The translations under genes were made by a program, and so were the position numbers. From the human T2T-CHM13v2.0 reference genome, Homo sapiens, in NCBI RefSeq assembly GCF_009914755.1, contig NC_060933.1: a stretch of DNA of 64,000 nt. One strand, written 5' to 3'. The notes beneath the pieces are model-generated. The model saw only the letters and a list, made by a program, of their open reading frames with translations. It made no database searches and was not told the origin of the DNA. Below, one piece after another: positions 26,513-38,391 of the stretch (positions are counted from its first letter, which is position 1; every line of letters begins with the position of its first letter).

Positions 26513-29500
26513 GGTGGTGTTCCCATTTTATGGATGAGGAAACTAAAAGATGGTAAGCCACTTTTCCACTTCCACAGAGCTGATAAAGCCATAAGTCAAA
26601 GCCCTTGTTTACTCCCCTACACCAGGCAGAAGGTTTTATGTTTGGGAATCATTTTAGAATTTTGAAATATATATTAAAGCAAAAAAAATTTTAACGTGAC
26701 TTAAGATCTTAAAAGATGGTTTTATGTGCCTCAAAAAGACATATGAAATAAAATTTGTGCTATGTAAAAATATCCCTGAAGTACAAGAGCTAGAAAGGGA
26801 TGAAATCTCACCCCTTTCCACAAAGACTAAAACATCCTCCAAGTTTATTCATTGAAATAGTCAAGCATGTGAATGTAAAGTTATTAATTGCAGAGAATTT
26901 ATGGTGATTTCCTTTTGAAGCCAACAGAGATGTTCTCTTGGATTTGAGTTCCAGAAGGTGCCTCAACAGCCTGGAAGTAGTGGGGGAGGGATATAGTTAG
27001 GGAGAGGAGAAAGCTAAGATGACTAAACGTTGGACCTGTCAACTTTATTTCATCCGGAGCTCTACTTCTCTTTCTCTCATATTTAGAAATCCTGACTGGG
27101 AATCCATGTGGGAGTAATTTTTATACTGTTAAAACGAATTTGAAAAATCACTAGACTTAACCTTTAAGGACTCCAATTCCTTCTGTATCTATAACACATT
27201 GAATACATTTCTGTATGAGAGAACACGAGGGAATAAAAACGAGAGATAAGAGAGCCTGAATCTCTACATAGTTAGTTCCTTCATCTTTGTTGCCATTGCC
27301 AAAATGGTTGCCCATCCTTCCAGACAATTTGGCCAGATTACAGTCTTTATGGGTTGTGAAACTGGTCAGGGTGAATGGATCAGCTGTGCTCCACACAGCA
27401 TGTTTGGCCACTCTTTCTAGCCGCTAGGGTCTCTTTAGTGAACCACTTCTTCAAGTGTGCTAGTCTATCATCATAGCAATAAACACTTAAAGCCCTCTCC
27501 ATGTCAGCCATTGACTCCATTCTCAGAGAGCCACATATGTAGGCACTTCAGTTGTGTCTACAAACACACAGTGGTTGGGGGACAAACAAAGTGAAAAACC
27601 CTGTTTATTTTGCAAACAACTGCTCAGAAACTATATATTCCTCTAAATTTAGTAAACTTTTTCAAAATAACTTGACTGAATCCAGTCTTTTTTACACCTT
27701 CCAACCAGTCTTTGTTTGTTGATACATTCTTTTATATTTGTGAGAAGTACATAAAGACTTCTTCAAGGTCATGGGGCTCCTTGTAAAGCCATCTCATGAC
27801 CTCAGCTCACACAAGGAGATATTGTAGAAGTTACCTCGATGGTGTAAGTTTCTCTCCTGGTAACAGTGTGTAGTGAAAAGTCCGGAAATTACACTAATGA
27901 TTGTGGACCACCAGAATACTTTACTGTTCAATACCTTCAACCAGGACCCTGGAATTTCTTGAGAAATTTAAAGCAACTTCAAAATATTCAATTCAATCAA
28001 GTTCTGCAGTAGGTCAGCTGATTTGTTTAGATTCATTCATTCATTCTTTCAGTCATTCACCATTTCCCCCTCTATACATAGCACTCTGTCTTTCATATTA
28101 GTAAAAAAAAAAAAAAAAAAAAAAATAGAGGATTCTTGTTTTGATGGGACATTTCATCTTGGTAAAATGAACTAAGTTGCAGTACCTCCTTTAAGAATTA
28201 TTTGTGGAAACTTTCCATGTCATACATAAGTTTTTTTCCTCAGTCCCCATTACAAGTTAGAAAAGACTGTATCTGTCAAAAAGAAAAGATACAGCTTTAT
28301 TGGATATAGTCCAAGAAGATACAATTAATTATAGGTGCAACTTCCAAAATGGTATGTGTTTTTATTACTTGTAAGACATTTAAAAAACATTTTTTAAAAC
28401 ATTTATAGGATCTGTGGTTAAAATACAAATATTCCTTGTAAATTTAATTATCAGAATAAAGGCTCCAGTGAGTAGAGGTTTTGAGTCCTAACACAGAGTA
28501 CAGAACACCTCTGGGAGGGGTGGGCTGGGGAACAGCCATGCTGACAAAGCAACATAGAGATCTACAGAGGAGATAAGCCACTGTCATTGGGAAAGGCTTT
28601 GAGGTGATTGACAGGTGTTTTATAAATTGCCTCTGGCAGCAAACAATCAGCATTGGGGAAGACTAAAAAGAAAAGTGAAGACACCAAGTGGAGACAGGTA
28701 ATTGCCCCATCAAAGAGCTCACCATCCTAAGATCTACTCCTTAAAACAGATGGCTTTGGAAGGAAAAACTCCTCCCTGCTTGCCAGTAAAGCTGGTCCAT
28801 GATTCTTTCTTGTGTCTTTACCCCACTTTAATCCATCACCTCCCATTCTGTTTCCCACAAAGACCAAATTCCTAAAGCATGCTCAATAGAAGGGGAGTTG
28901 TCCACACGTGCAGCCAATAATACCCACATCATTTATAAGGCAACAGACTCAGGCTCTGGGATTGGAGGTGTGGCTGCTGCAATGCTTCCCTCTCTTCACT
29001 AACATGCCACCAGTGTGCTGAGCCAGGGTTCAGGACACCCTGACAATGAGTCACATTTCACACCCTTTGGCTACAGCAGAGTGTTTCTGAGGCAAACGCC
29101 CCCCTCTGCCTTGCAGACTTAAACAAACAATCCTCTTGAGAATCACAAGTGACTTTGTTCCTCTTCTGAGTAGGTGCCCTCTCTGTCATTGTTTCAGTAT
29201 AGACTCTGAAAGGTGAGCTTCAAAACAAAAACCCAGAAACTCAGGAAGGTCAGGCTTGCTAGTCAATGAAGATCAGGAGTGCAAGAGGAAAAGATAACCT
29301 GAGGTTGAATTGCAGGAATGTTGGTGCCATTCTCCCATTTCCTTTCCTTTGCCTCATTTGACTGTGATAGAAAAGAATGCCCAGTCCCCAGGCACCCTAA
29401 TCTATGCACTCATGAGAATCCACATTGGTTGTCATCTTCCTTGATAAATATAAACCCCACAATATGACCCAGGCAACCAAATCCAGCCCTTCCACCTATA

Positions 29501-29619
29501 GCCCTTTATTCCCAGGAGGTTCAACCTTCTACTCCTTCTGCCTAGGACTTAGTTCAATTTTTGATTCTGGAAATCCCTAATCCATTTTCTGATTTGGGCT
29601 TCCTCAAAAATATGTTGGG

Positions 29620-29756
29620 GTGGACACATGCTTTTGTGCACCTCTGTAATCCCAGCTACTCATGAGGCTGAGGCAGGAGGATGGCTTGAGTCCAAGAATT
29701 TGAGACAAGCCTGGGCAACATAACAAGACTTGGTCTCTTAAAAATAACAATAACAG
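29620..29756 (+). mobile_element. Free Alu monomer (FLAM/FAM-like)
   Basis: Single monomer; TSD TATGTTGGG at 29611-29619 and 29757-29765. Confidence 0.8.
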
Positions 29757-30884
29757 TATGTTGGGAATTTGAAATTCAAGATACCTCTGGCAAAATAATA
29801 ATTATTATTTATAATAATATTAATTATTAATATTTTATTAATAATAATAAAAGGAAAACAAAAGAAAACTCCCACAGTCATAATCCCATGATAATGCAGC
29901 AAGAACCTGTTTCTGTGAAAAGGGGACTCAGGTCATACATGCAATGGACATAATATGCTAAGATGGAGAAAAGCACACTTTGAAATAGATTATTTTAGTG
30001 TCTTCTTGATATGAAAATATTTTGGGCACTATTTAGTACAATTTTCTGGAGGAAAAAAATTGGCTCACCTATGATGAACTGTGCCTACTTCATCATGATT
30101 AGAAAAAAAAAATCTGTTATCTTATTTTTTATCAACAACCAATACCAACTATTACCTCCACCTCAATCTCATGAATGTAATCAAATCATGATTTGGTGAC
30201 TACTGTACCTTTCCCTAATTTTAACCTTTAAGAAGCTAAGCCGTCTTACCAGTTGGAGCCAGAACTTCAATCCTTTTCTGGACTGCCCAGTTAGAGTCAT
30301 TAAACCCCCATGTCCTCTGCAAACTAAGAAGTACAACTCTTTGCCTTTGTCTTCTCCAGGATTCACAGTGACGAATCCACTAGCCCCTACCATCATTTTC
30401 CCTTGCTCTCAATGCTTTAAAAGACATTTTGCTACATCCCTCATACCCATCCTCTACCTTCCTCTATGTGCGAGAAACAACCAGGAGTCCGTACTCCTTC
30501 ACGGAGAATTAGTGACTCTAGGAACACGGAGTGAGTCTGCCTTGATCTCAGCCAATTTTGTATCTCATTCACAGTGCTTTTAATTAAAATAGGCATGGGC
30601 AGTAGAAGTCATTCAGGCCAATGAGACATGAGAGAAGTATGCAAGGGGGCTTCTGGGTAGTTTTTCCTTACATGAAAAAAGAGAAGTACCAGAAGAGATG
30701 ACCTCTAGACATTGATAGGACTGGATCTGATGCCTGAAACTGCTGCAGCAATCTTAGAGCAGTGAAATGAACTAGACGCGAGCTGTCCAATATTATAGCC
30801 ACAGGTGGCTACTGAGCACTTGGAATGTGGCTAGTCTAAAATGAGAAATGCTAATCAAATATCTCACTAATAATTATATTCACA

Positions 30885-32098
30885 TTCCCAGTCATGAGAC
30901 TGCTGAATCGAACTGTAGTTCTGTTTGTAGTTCTTTGAGAAATCTGCAAAACTGCTTTCCACAGTAGCTGAGCTGATTTACACTCCCACCAACAGTGGAT
31001 AAATGTTCTCTTTTCTGTGCAGTCTTGCCAACATCTGTTGTTTTTTGTCTTTTTAATGATAGCCATTCTGACTGGTGTGAAATGGTATCTCATTGTGGTT
31101 TTGATTTGCATTACTCTGATGATTAATGATGTGGAACATTTTTCATGTTTCTTGGCTGCTTGTAGGTCTTCTTTTGAAAAGTTTCTGTTCATGTTCTTTG
31201 CCCATGTTTTAATGGGGCTATTCTTTTTTTGTATGTTGATTTGTTTAAGCTCCTTATAGATTCTGGATATTAGTGCTTTGTCAGATGCATAGTTTGTGAA
31301 TATTCTCTCACACTCTGTAGGTTCTCTTTACTCTGCTGATTATTTCTTTTACTGTGCAAAAGCTCTTTAGTTTAATTAGGTCTCACTTATCAATTTTTGT
31401 TTTTGTTGCAATTGCTTTGGAAGACTTAGTCATAAATTCCTTCATAAGGCTGATTTCTATAATTGTGTTTCCTAGGTTTTCTTCTAGAATTCTTATAGTT
31501 TGAGGTCTTACAATTATATCTTGAGTTAATTTTTGTATAGGATGAAAGGTAGGGGTCCACTTTTATTCTTCTGCGTATGGCTAGCCAGCTATCCCAACAC
31601 CATTTATTGACTAGGGAGTCATTTCCCCATTGCTTACTTTTGTCGACTTTGTTGAAGACCAGATGATTGTAGGTGTGTGGATTTATTTCTGGGTGCTCTC
31701 TTCTGTTCCATTGGTCTATATGTCTGTTTTTGTACCAGTATCATGCTGTTTGGGTTACTATAGCCTTGCAGTGTAGTTTGAAGTTAGATAATGTGATGCC
31801 TCTGGCCTTGTTCTTTGATCTTAGGATTGCTTTGGCTATTCAGGACCTTTTTTGGTTCCATATGAATTTTAGAATAGTTTTTTCTAATTCTGTGAAAAAT
31901 TATTTTGGTAATTTGATAGGAATAGTGTTGAATCCGTAGATTGCTTTGGGCATTTTGTCCATTTTAACAATATTGATTTTTCCTATCCATGAGCATGGAA
32001 TGTTTTTCCATTTGTTTGAACCATCTACAATTTTTTTCAGCAGTATTTTGTAGTTCTCCTTGTAGAGATCTTTTACTTCCTTAGTTAGACATATTCCT

Positions 32099-32139
<41 letters not shown>

Positions 32140-32402
32140 TATTGTAAATGGGACTGCGTTCTTGATTGATCTCTCTGCTTGAACTTTATCAGTGCGTAGA
32201 AATGCTACTAATTTTTGTACATTGATTTTGTATCCTGAAACATAACTAATGTTGTTTATCAAGTTTAGGAGGCTTTTGGCCGTCTTTAGGATTTTCTAGG
32301 TATAGAATCGTATTATAAGCAAACAAAGATAGCTTGACTTCTTTTCCTATTTGGATTCATTTTATTTCATTCACTTCCCTGATTGCTCTGGCTAGGACTT
32401 CC
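30885..32402 (-). mobile_element. L1PB/L1MA-type ORF2 fragment lacking 3'UTR and poly(A)
   Basis: Minus-strand ORFs read as L1 ORF2 ([21 protein letters not shown]; [12 protein letters not shown]; [17 protein letters not shown]). Confidence 0.93.
32100..32138. repeat. (TG)n microsatellite inside L1
   Basis: About 18 perfect TG units. Confidence 0.95.
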
Positions 32403-32883
32403 TCATATTATATTTTTATTGGATGACATTAAGGTAGACTGATGATAAAGCCCAAATGCTAAAAGTTGCAGAGCTGAAATGTGAAGAAAACTTAGTCCTA
32501 GATGATGTCCTTAACCAAACTTTTGACTTCATTTATAACTCTGGAGCTGTTCTATCCCAAGACTTCTTTTGTTGTGGGATAGGAATCTCCCTTATAGTTT
32601 AAGTCATTGCAAGTTGAATTTCCCATTACTTACAGCTAAAAAGTCTCAACACGATGACTTTCTGTCATTATCTAGAGAGGCCACTTTGACTATGCCAATC
32701 TCATAGTTAGAACCAGTAAGCTCACTGAGACAGAAGACTCTGGCCTTCTATGGACAAGTCCTTGGACATACAGAAAAAAGCATGGATTTTAAGACCTAAT
32801 GTCTTCTGTTTCCTTCTTTTCAAAATTGAAATGAAAACATCACTTAACCTATAAGATTACTATAAGTATTGTCACTTAGATGC

Positions 32884-33297
32884 TATATTAGTTTGCTAGG
32901 GCTGCCATAACAAATTAACATAAACAGGATGGCTTAAACAACAGAAATTAGTTGTCTAACAGTTTTGGAGAGTAGAATTTGGAGATCAAGGTGTCAGCAG
33001 GACTGGTTCCTTGTGACGGCTGTGAGGAAGAATCTGTTCCATATCTCTCTCCTAGATTCTGATGGTCCGCTGGCTATATTTGGCATGCTTTGGCTTGAGG
33101 GTGTATTACCCCAATCTCTGCCTTTATGTGCACAGGGCATTCTCCCTGTGCGCTGTTGGTGCCCACATTTCCCTTTTTATAAGAACACAGTCATTTTGGA
33201 TTAGAGCCCACCTTAATAACTTCATCTTAGCTTGAACATCTGCAAGACCCTGTAGAATTTTAACATCTTTTGGGGAGACATAATTCAACCCATAACA
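32884..33297 (-). mobile_element. MaLR LTR (MLT1C-like)
   Basis: tattagtttgctagggctgccataacaaa...aattcaacccataaca. Confidence 0.85.
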
Positions 33298-34287
33298 GTG
33301 GCTACATAAACTTCTGTTGAATTGAAATTAATTGTGTTTTTAAAATTGCAAGCCTCCACACAAATCTAGGTACTATGCAATCATAGAAAAAGTAGTACAT
33401 TTCCCTCCTGTCCAAAAGAGGGCATAGAAAGTTCAAGCAGCAAACATTTTCATTCACCAGGTACTTTGAGTGGGTTCAGAAAAAAAGTTGTTGTAACTAG
33501 ATATTTAATAAAAAATGATTTGGCCCCTGGTGATTTAAAGCTGTAGCCAATACTGTATATTCTTTTATAAGTCAATCTGCATTTTTTCTGATTTGTGTTT
33601 TGACCTAGACGAGTCATGTAGGTTGACCCTCTTCCTGTGGTGGAATTTCCCACAACCTGCTGTTTAAGCAGCTGTTCACTCCTCTAAATCACTCCCATTC
33701 TGTAACCCGCCAGCAACTGGGTTTTCAAGTTAGCTAAATGGCAAGCCACATGGCACTGCATCACAAGCCAATGGAAGTCTGCTTTTTCCAAATGACTGAA
33801 GTTTTAAAAATTGATTTATATCCCCAATATTCTTTGGCCCCAAAACTTTTACAACCCCTACTATTCACTGTAGATTTCTCTATTTCATGGATTTTTCTAT
33901 ATTAACCATGCATTCTTTTTATTTCCTTTTTTTTTTTTCAGAAATACAAGAGCATGAGGTTCTTAGGTTCAGTAAATCCCCTAATAACTGACAACAGATG
34001 AGAACAAAGACTTCATTTGTAAAAGAGAAGATTTTCTGCTTTTGTTCTGCGAATTAATTTTTCCCACTATGGCTGCAGTGTTTCTCTTTGGCATTCCTAC
34101 GAGTCTAGCCCTAATTGGACAGAGTAGCATAGGGCTGCAAGTTATAAAACCAGAGTCATGAAGGCCTCTCATGTTTGCACTCTAGGTTCAAACATCCACG
34201 GAGAATTTGCAATTCAAAGATGTTTCAAATTTTCAGGATCCCTAATTGTTCACTCTTCAAAAGGAAGAGAAGAGTCTGATGATGCTG

Positions 34288-34495
34288 GGTAATATTTATT
34301 GAGAGTGGACCATGCTTCAGGAACTGTGCTAGGTCCTCACATACATTAGCTCCAATCCTCAGACCAATCCTGTAATAAATGTATTATTATTCCCACGTGG
34401 CAGAAGACAAAACAGAGACTCAGATCTAAGTTTAGTAGATTGCCCAAGAACACAGCTGGCAAGAAATAGAACCAAGATTCTATTCTAGATATCAA
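34288..34495 (-). mobile_element. MIR
   Basis: atttattgag...actgtgctagg...attattattccca...ttgcccaagaacacagct. Confidence 0.7.
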
Positions 34496-34829
34496 AGGTC
34501 ACCCCCTTTCTCTTTTATCATAAAATTTATACTAAATATTTTTCACTTCATCAACAAACAAAAGGTAGCCCCAACACCCTTGAGAAAAGCTTATTGCAGT
34601 CACTGTGAATTATTCTCATTGTTTGAAAAGTTATTACATAAATATCCTTACTGTTTCTGTTCAAAGCAGTAATCCATAGGTATCATAGGCTTTTATGAGA
34701 AATTCTACATCTTACAGGACAGCGAGAGGACACTGCCTTACATGCCACTTTTGAAAACAAAAATTAGTAATTAAATCCGTAGTTAATTGAATTCAGCAGC
34801 AAACACTAATAAGAATTTATGGCATACAA

Positions 34830-35143
34830 CAGAGTCAACACCTATCACCCCTGGGTCAAAGCCTGACTGCTGCCTGTTTTTGTACAATCTATGAGCTGAG
34901 AATAGCTTTTACATTTTTGAATGGTTAAAAAATATATCAAAACAAGAATATTATTTTGTGAGCGTTATATGAAATTCAAATTTCAGGGGCAATAAAAAAG
35001 GTATTTTTGGGAACACAGCCATGTTCATTCATCTATGTACTGTCTATGGCTTTGAGCTACAACAGCAGAGTTCAGTCATTGTGGCAAAGATTGTATGGCC
35101 TGCAAAGCCAAAAATATTTACACAAAAAGTTTGCTAAACCCTG
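34830..35143. mobile_element. hAT-Charlie MER58B-like
   Basis: gcctgtttttgtacaatctatgagctgagaatagcttttacattttt...ggaacacagccatg...aaagtttgctaaaccctg. Confidence 0.8.
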
Positions 35144-35215
35144 TTATACTAGTCTTTATGGAGGGATCTATAAAGGTGACCAGAATAGGACATAGATTCT
35201 GCTCTCAAAGAAAAG

Positions 35216-35293
35216 TATGTTGATGCAAAAGCAGTTGTGGTTTTGTCATTACTTTCAATGGCAAAAACCACAATTACTTTTGCGCCAACCTAA
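35216..35293. mobile_element. MADE1 (Hsmar1-derived MITE)
   Basis: About 80-bp palindrome tgatgcaaaagcagttgtggttttgtcatt-actttc-aatggcaaaaaccacaattacttttgcgccaacctaa. Confidence 0.88.
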
Positions 35294-35649
35294 ACAATTT
35301 AGGAGGGGGTTAGGATTTGTATAAGAATCTTAAGGACAAGGAAAACAAGGCCAATGTCATAAGGGATGTTTGAGCTGAGTGAATATTCAAAGGAGGGGAA
35401 ATTATCAAGAGGTATGGAAATAGAGACCTGCTCTATCTTAAATCCTTACCCTGGTTTATATGGTAACTGAAAAACAGTTACTGCACATGGAGCTCCTTTC
35501 ATCTTACTTTAATCTGCCTCCATATACACATATACACAAGAGATCATAAAAGTGCTTTTCAAGAATGACTTTATTTTCAAAATTATATTTTCTTAAGCCC
35601 CTAAAATATTCCATTTGAGCTAAAGTCATTTATATGAAACTCTGACACA

Positions 35650-36000
35650 TTGTCCATGAATTTTAGAGCTCAAAAGAATTTAGATATTATTTAACCCAAC
35701 ACTTTCATTTTACAGATGAGAAAACTAAGCCCAGAAAGGTAAAGAGAATTTCTTAAGTTCAAACAACTAGTAAATGACTGAGCTGGCAGTAAAGGAGAGG
35801 AAGGGGATCTGTAATTCATAGTGTACTTGCTTCTACATACATCTTCTAATTTAATTCTCACAGCAGCCCTACAAGGTAGATCTTATGTCCATTTTACGAG
35901 ACAAAAAACTGAAGCTCAGAGAAAGTAAAACAAAAATGTACCTAAGGTCTCACAGTATTTATAGAAGCCAGAAACAAAAACTCCAAATCCTGTGATTTTT
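35650..36000 (-). mobile_element. Two MIR fragments
   Basis: cattttacagatgagaaaactaagcccaga; tccattttacgag...aaactgaagctcagag. Confidence 0.65.
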
Positions 36001-36519
36001 ATACTTTATGATCTCCTGAGGAGTTGTAATCGAGTTTTTTACCCTAGCACACATGATTCCCCTAGTTCTAAAAAGAAGGCATGTAGCTTAAATGAATGGT
36101 TTTCTCAAATCACCATGCATGTGCCTTCCCCTTGGCACAGTTCTGGCGAACTTGGATAAAAGAGCATTGGTCACTTACAGACTTGCCTTACGTTATTCTT
36201 TCCTCAAATTAAATCGTACTGTGTCTTCATTTTAAAAACATTGGTTCCCTTTTGGGGGGCATGAAGTAAAAATCCGGTAGTAATGCTTCTGTTGTGCATT
36301 AGGCAGGCATTAGCTCAGATTAATGAATCATTTATTTGCATCACTAAATATAAACATATAGGTTAACCTGGTGCTTAGCTAGGACTCAAGAGTTTTAACC
36401 ATTTTTTAGTTATAAAATGTGGCTATGTAGTAATATGCTCAATAAAACAAACAAACAACAACAACAACAAAAACACTAAACTCTTACCCCTAAAAGACCC
36501 TGTGCTCTTCAAATGATAT

Positions 36520-37035
36520 ACTAAAGATTAGCTAGATGTTCACCCCATCATGTCCTCTTCTTCCTGAGCTTATGATTATACTATTAGCTTGGTGCAAAAG
36601 TGATTGTGGTTTTGCCAATTGCTTTACCAAACAACCGCAATTACTTTTGCACCAACCAAATACATTTCTCAGCGTCAGAGAAAGTAAGTACATCCACATT
36701 ACATTCATCAACCTCCATTACAGTTAGGTGCAGTCATACGACTGAGTCTGTCCACTAAAATGTGGGCAGAAGGGAACCATGCACCCTCCACCTAAGGCCT
36801 GCCATAAACCCTTCAGCACAGTCATCATATTCCCTCTCTTTCCTCATCTCTTAGTCACACGCAGAGCAGCTGTTGGAGATTCTCAAGACCATCTGAGACA
36901 TGACTGAACCACTAAAGGGAAAGAAACTAGATTCCTCTGACTCCAGTTAACCTACATTGGCCCAGTAAGAAAGGGAGAAGTAAGCTTATTGTGCTGTCAT
37001 TGAGATTTGGGGGTGTTTTCACAGCATTTAGTCAG
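36520..37035 (+). mobile_element. Old MaLR LTR (MLT1J-like) containing MADE1
   Basis: cagttaggtgcagtcatacgactgagt...aatgtgggcagaag; ends tgagatttgggggtgttttcacagca. Confidence 0.55.
36584..36660. mobile_element. MADE1 MITE
   Basis: TTAGCTTGGTGCAAAAGTGATTGTGGTT...AACCGCAATTACTTTTGCACCAACC with TA on both sides. Confidence 0.88.
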
Positions 37036-37299
37036 CCCAGAAGATTTTAAAGCGATTGCATTGGAAGGTCAGGGGCCATGGCTCAAATATTTCTAGCTGT
37101 TTGATTTTCTCATTCCCTTTGTATCCTATCTCACTTTATTTTCAACATTCATGTTCCCAGTAGAGGTGGCTCTTCATTTTTCCGAGTGAATTTCATTACT
37201 GACAGCAACCAAATGACATACGTTACCAAATTTTGTAAATAAAGATTAATCACACCGTGCAATAAGTTTACCAATCAAAAGTAATATGTGACTGTAAAG

Positions 37300-37500
37300 C
37301 AGTGACTCTAGTGCAAATCTGGCCCACAGCCTGGTTTTTGTAGATAAAGTAGTATTGGAATATAGCCATGCTCATTGTTTACATGCTCTCTACAGTTGCT
37401 TTCACTCAGGACAACAGCAGAGTTGAGTAGGTGCAACTTAGCCTGCAAATTTTTAAATAATTACTATCTGGGCACTTTACAGAAAAATTTTGTCAACTCT
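37300..37500. mobile_element. hAT-Charlie MER58A-like
   Basis: caaatctggcccacagcctggtttttgtagataaagtagtattggaa...tactatctgggcactttacagaaaaa. Confidence 0.8.
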
Positions 37501-37680
37501 GCCTCTAAATGAACAAAACTCATTTCCTTCATTAATCGTCCTACTGACTTTGAATGCAATTCCAAGATAGAAATCCCAAAAAGTTTTAGGCGTGCCAGCA
37601 TTGTGGGACCAGTTACAGAAACCCCTAAGAAAATGACTTTGAGGTCACACGTCCAGAGGCCGAGCCGTCGCGTACCTAGG

Positions 37681-38136
37681 ATGCCGCGTGGAAGCCGAAG
37701 CCGCACCTCCCGCATGGCCCCTCCAGCCAGCCGGGCCCCTCAGATGAGAGCTGCACCCAGGCCAGCACCAGTTGCTCAGCCACCAGCAGCGGCACCCCCA
37801 TCTGCAGTTGGCTCTTCTGCTGCTGCGCCCCGGCAGCCAGGTCTGATGGCCCAGATGGCAACCACTGCAGCTGGCGTGGCTGTGGGCTCTGCTGTGGGGC
37901 ACACACAGGGTCACGCCGTTACCGGAGGCTTCAGTGGAGGAAGTAATGCTGAGCCTGCGAGGCCTGACATCGCTTACCAGGAGCCTCAGGGAACCCAGCC
38001 GGCACAGCAGCAGCAGCCTTGCTTCTATGGGATCAAACAGTTTCTGGAGTGTGCCCAGAACCAGGGCGACATCAAGCTCTGTGAGGATTTCAGTAAGGTG
38101 CTGAAACAGTGCCGACTTGCAAAAGGATTGGCCTAA
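37681..38136 (+). CDS. CHCHD2P9: Open 151-aa CHCHD2-like ORF (putative mitochondrial twin-CX9C protein); translation unproven
   Basis: ATG at 37681, TAA at 38134-38136. Arg-rich [16 protein letters not shown]-terminus, hydrophobic [13 protein letters not shown] helix, cysteines C114-X9-C124 and C134-X9-C144; no frameshift or internal stop. Confidence 0.6.
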   Translation: MPRGSRSRTSRMAPPASRAPQMRAAPRPAPVAQPPAAAPPSAVGSSAAAPRQPGLMAQMATTAAGVAVGSAVGHTQGHAVTGGFSGGSNAEPARPDIAYQEPQGTQPAQQQQPCFYGIKQFLECAQNQGDIKLCEDFSKVLKQCRLAKGLA

Positions 38137-38391
38137 TCAAGAAGTTCAACCTGGAGAGATGGAAAGTCAGCTCTCATAACTAAGTTAATTTAGTATAAAA
38201 ATAGAATTGATAGTGAGGGTATAAAGTGTAACCATCAGTTAAACCTCTCCTGTCATTCCTAGCTTCCTTGCTTCAGAATTGAAATGGGAGGGGGATGGGT
38301 GTTCCTACTCTGTACAATCTGGGACTGGGCAAATGTTTGTGTGGCCTCCTTAAACTAGCTGTTATGATTTTATTCTTTGTGAGTTGATTAG

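Larger units (their letters stand above)
30777..32430. mobile_element. hAT-Charlie MER33-like element split by L1 (pieces about 30777-30884 and 32402-32430)
   Basis: gctgtccaatattatagccacaggtggctactgagcacttggaatgtggctagt...aaatatctcactaataatt | ctcatattatatttttattgga. Confidence 0.6.
30590..32650 (+). mobile_element. Old MaLR LTR (MLT1K/L-like) split by MER33 and L1 (pieces about 30590-30772 and 32440-32650)
   Basis: ggccaatgagacatgag...gatgcctgaaactgctgcagcaatctt; 3' piece ends atagtttaagtcatt...ttacttacagctaaa. Confidence 0.55.

Noticed and set aside
29795-29852. AT-only quasi-palindrome
   Set aside because: Too short and imperfect to call a PATRR-like cruciform; low-complexity sequence.
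30851-32262. ORFs with reverse-transcriptase-related L1 ORF2 similarity
   Set aside because: Broken L1 fossil with stops, frameshifts and a microsatellite; not a functional gene.
37603-37632. 177-aa ORF start given by the ORF track
   Set aside because: It starts at GTG in flanking host DNA; the first ATGs are at 37633 (in the TSD) and 37681 (parental).
37643-37850. CpG-rich patch as a native CpG-island promoter
   Set aside because: The CpGs are inherited from the CHCHD2 mRNA; the parental promoter was not copied and no upstream promoter is evident.
37464-37914. Antisense ORFs over the retrocopy
   Set aside because: Shadow frames of GC-rich coding sequence with no recognisable protein features.
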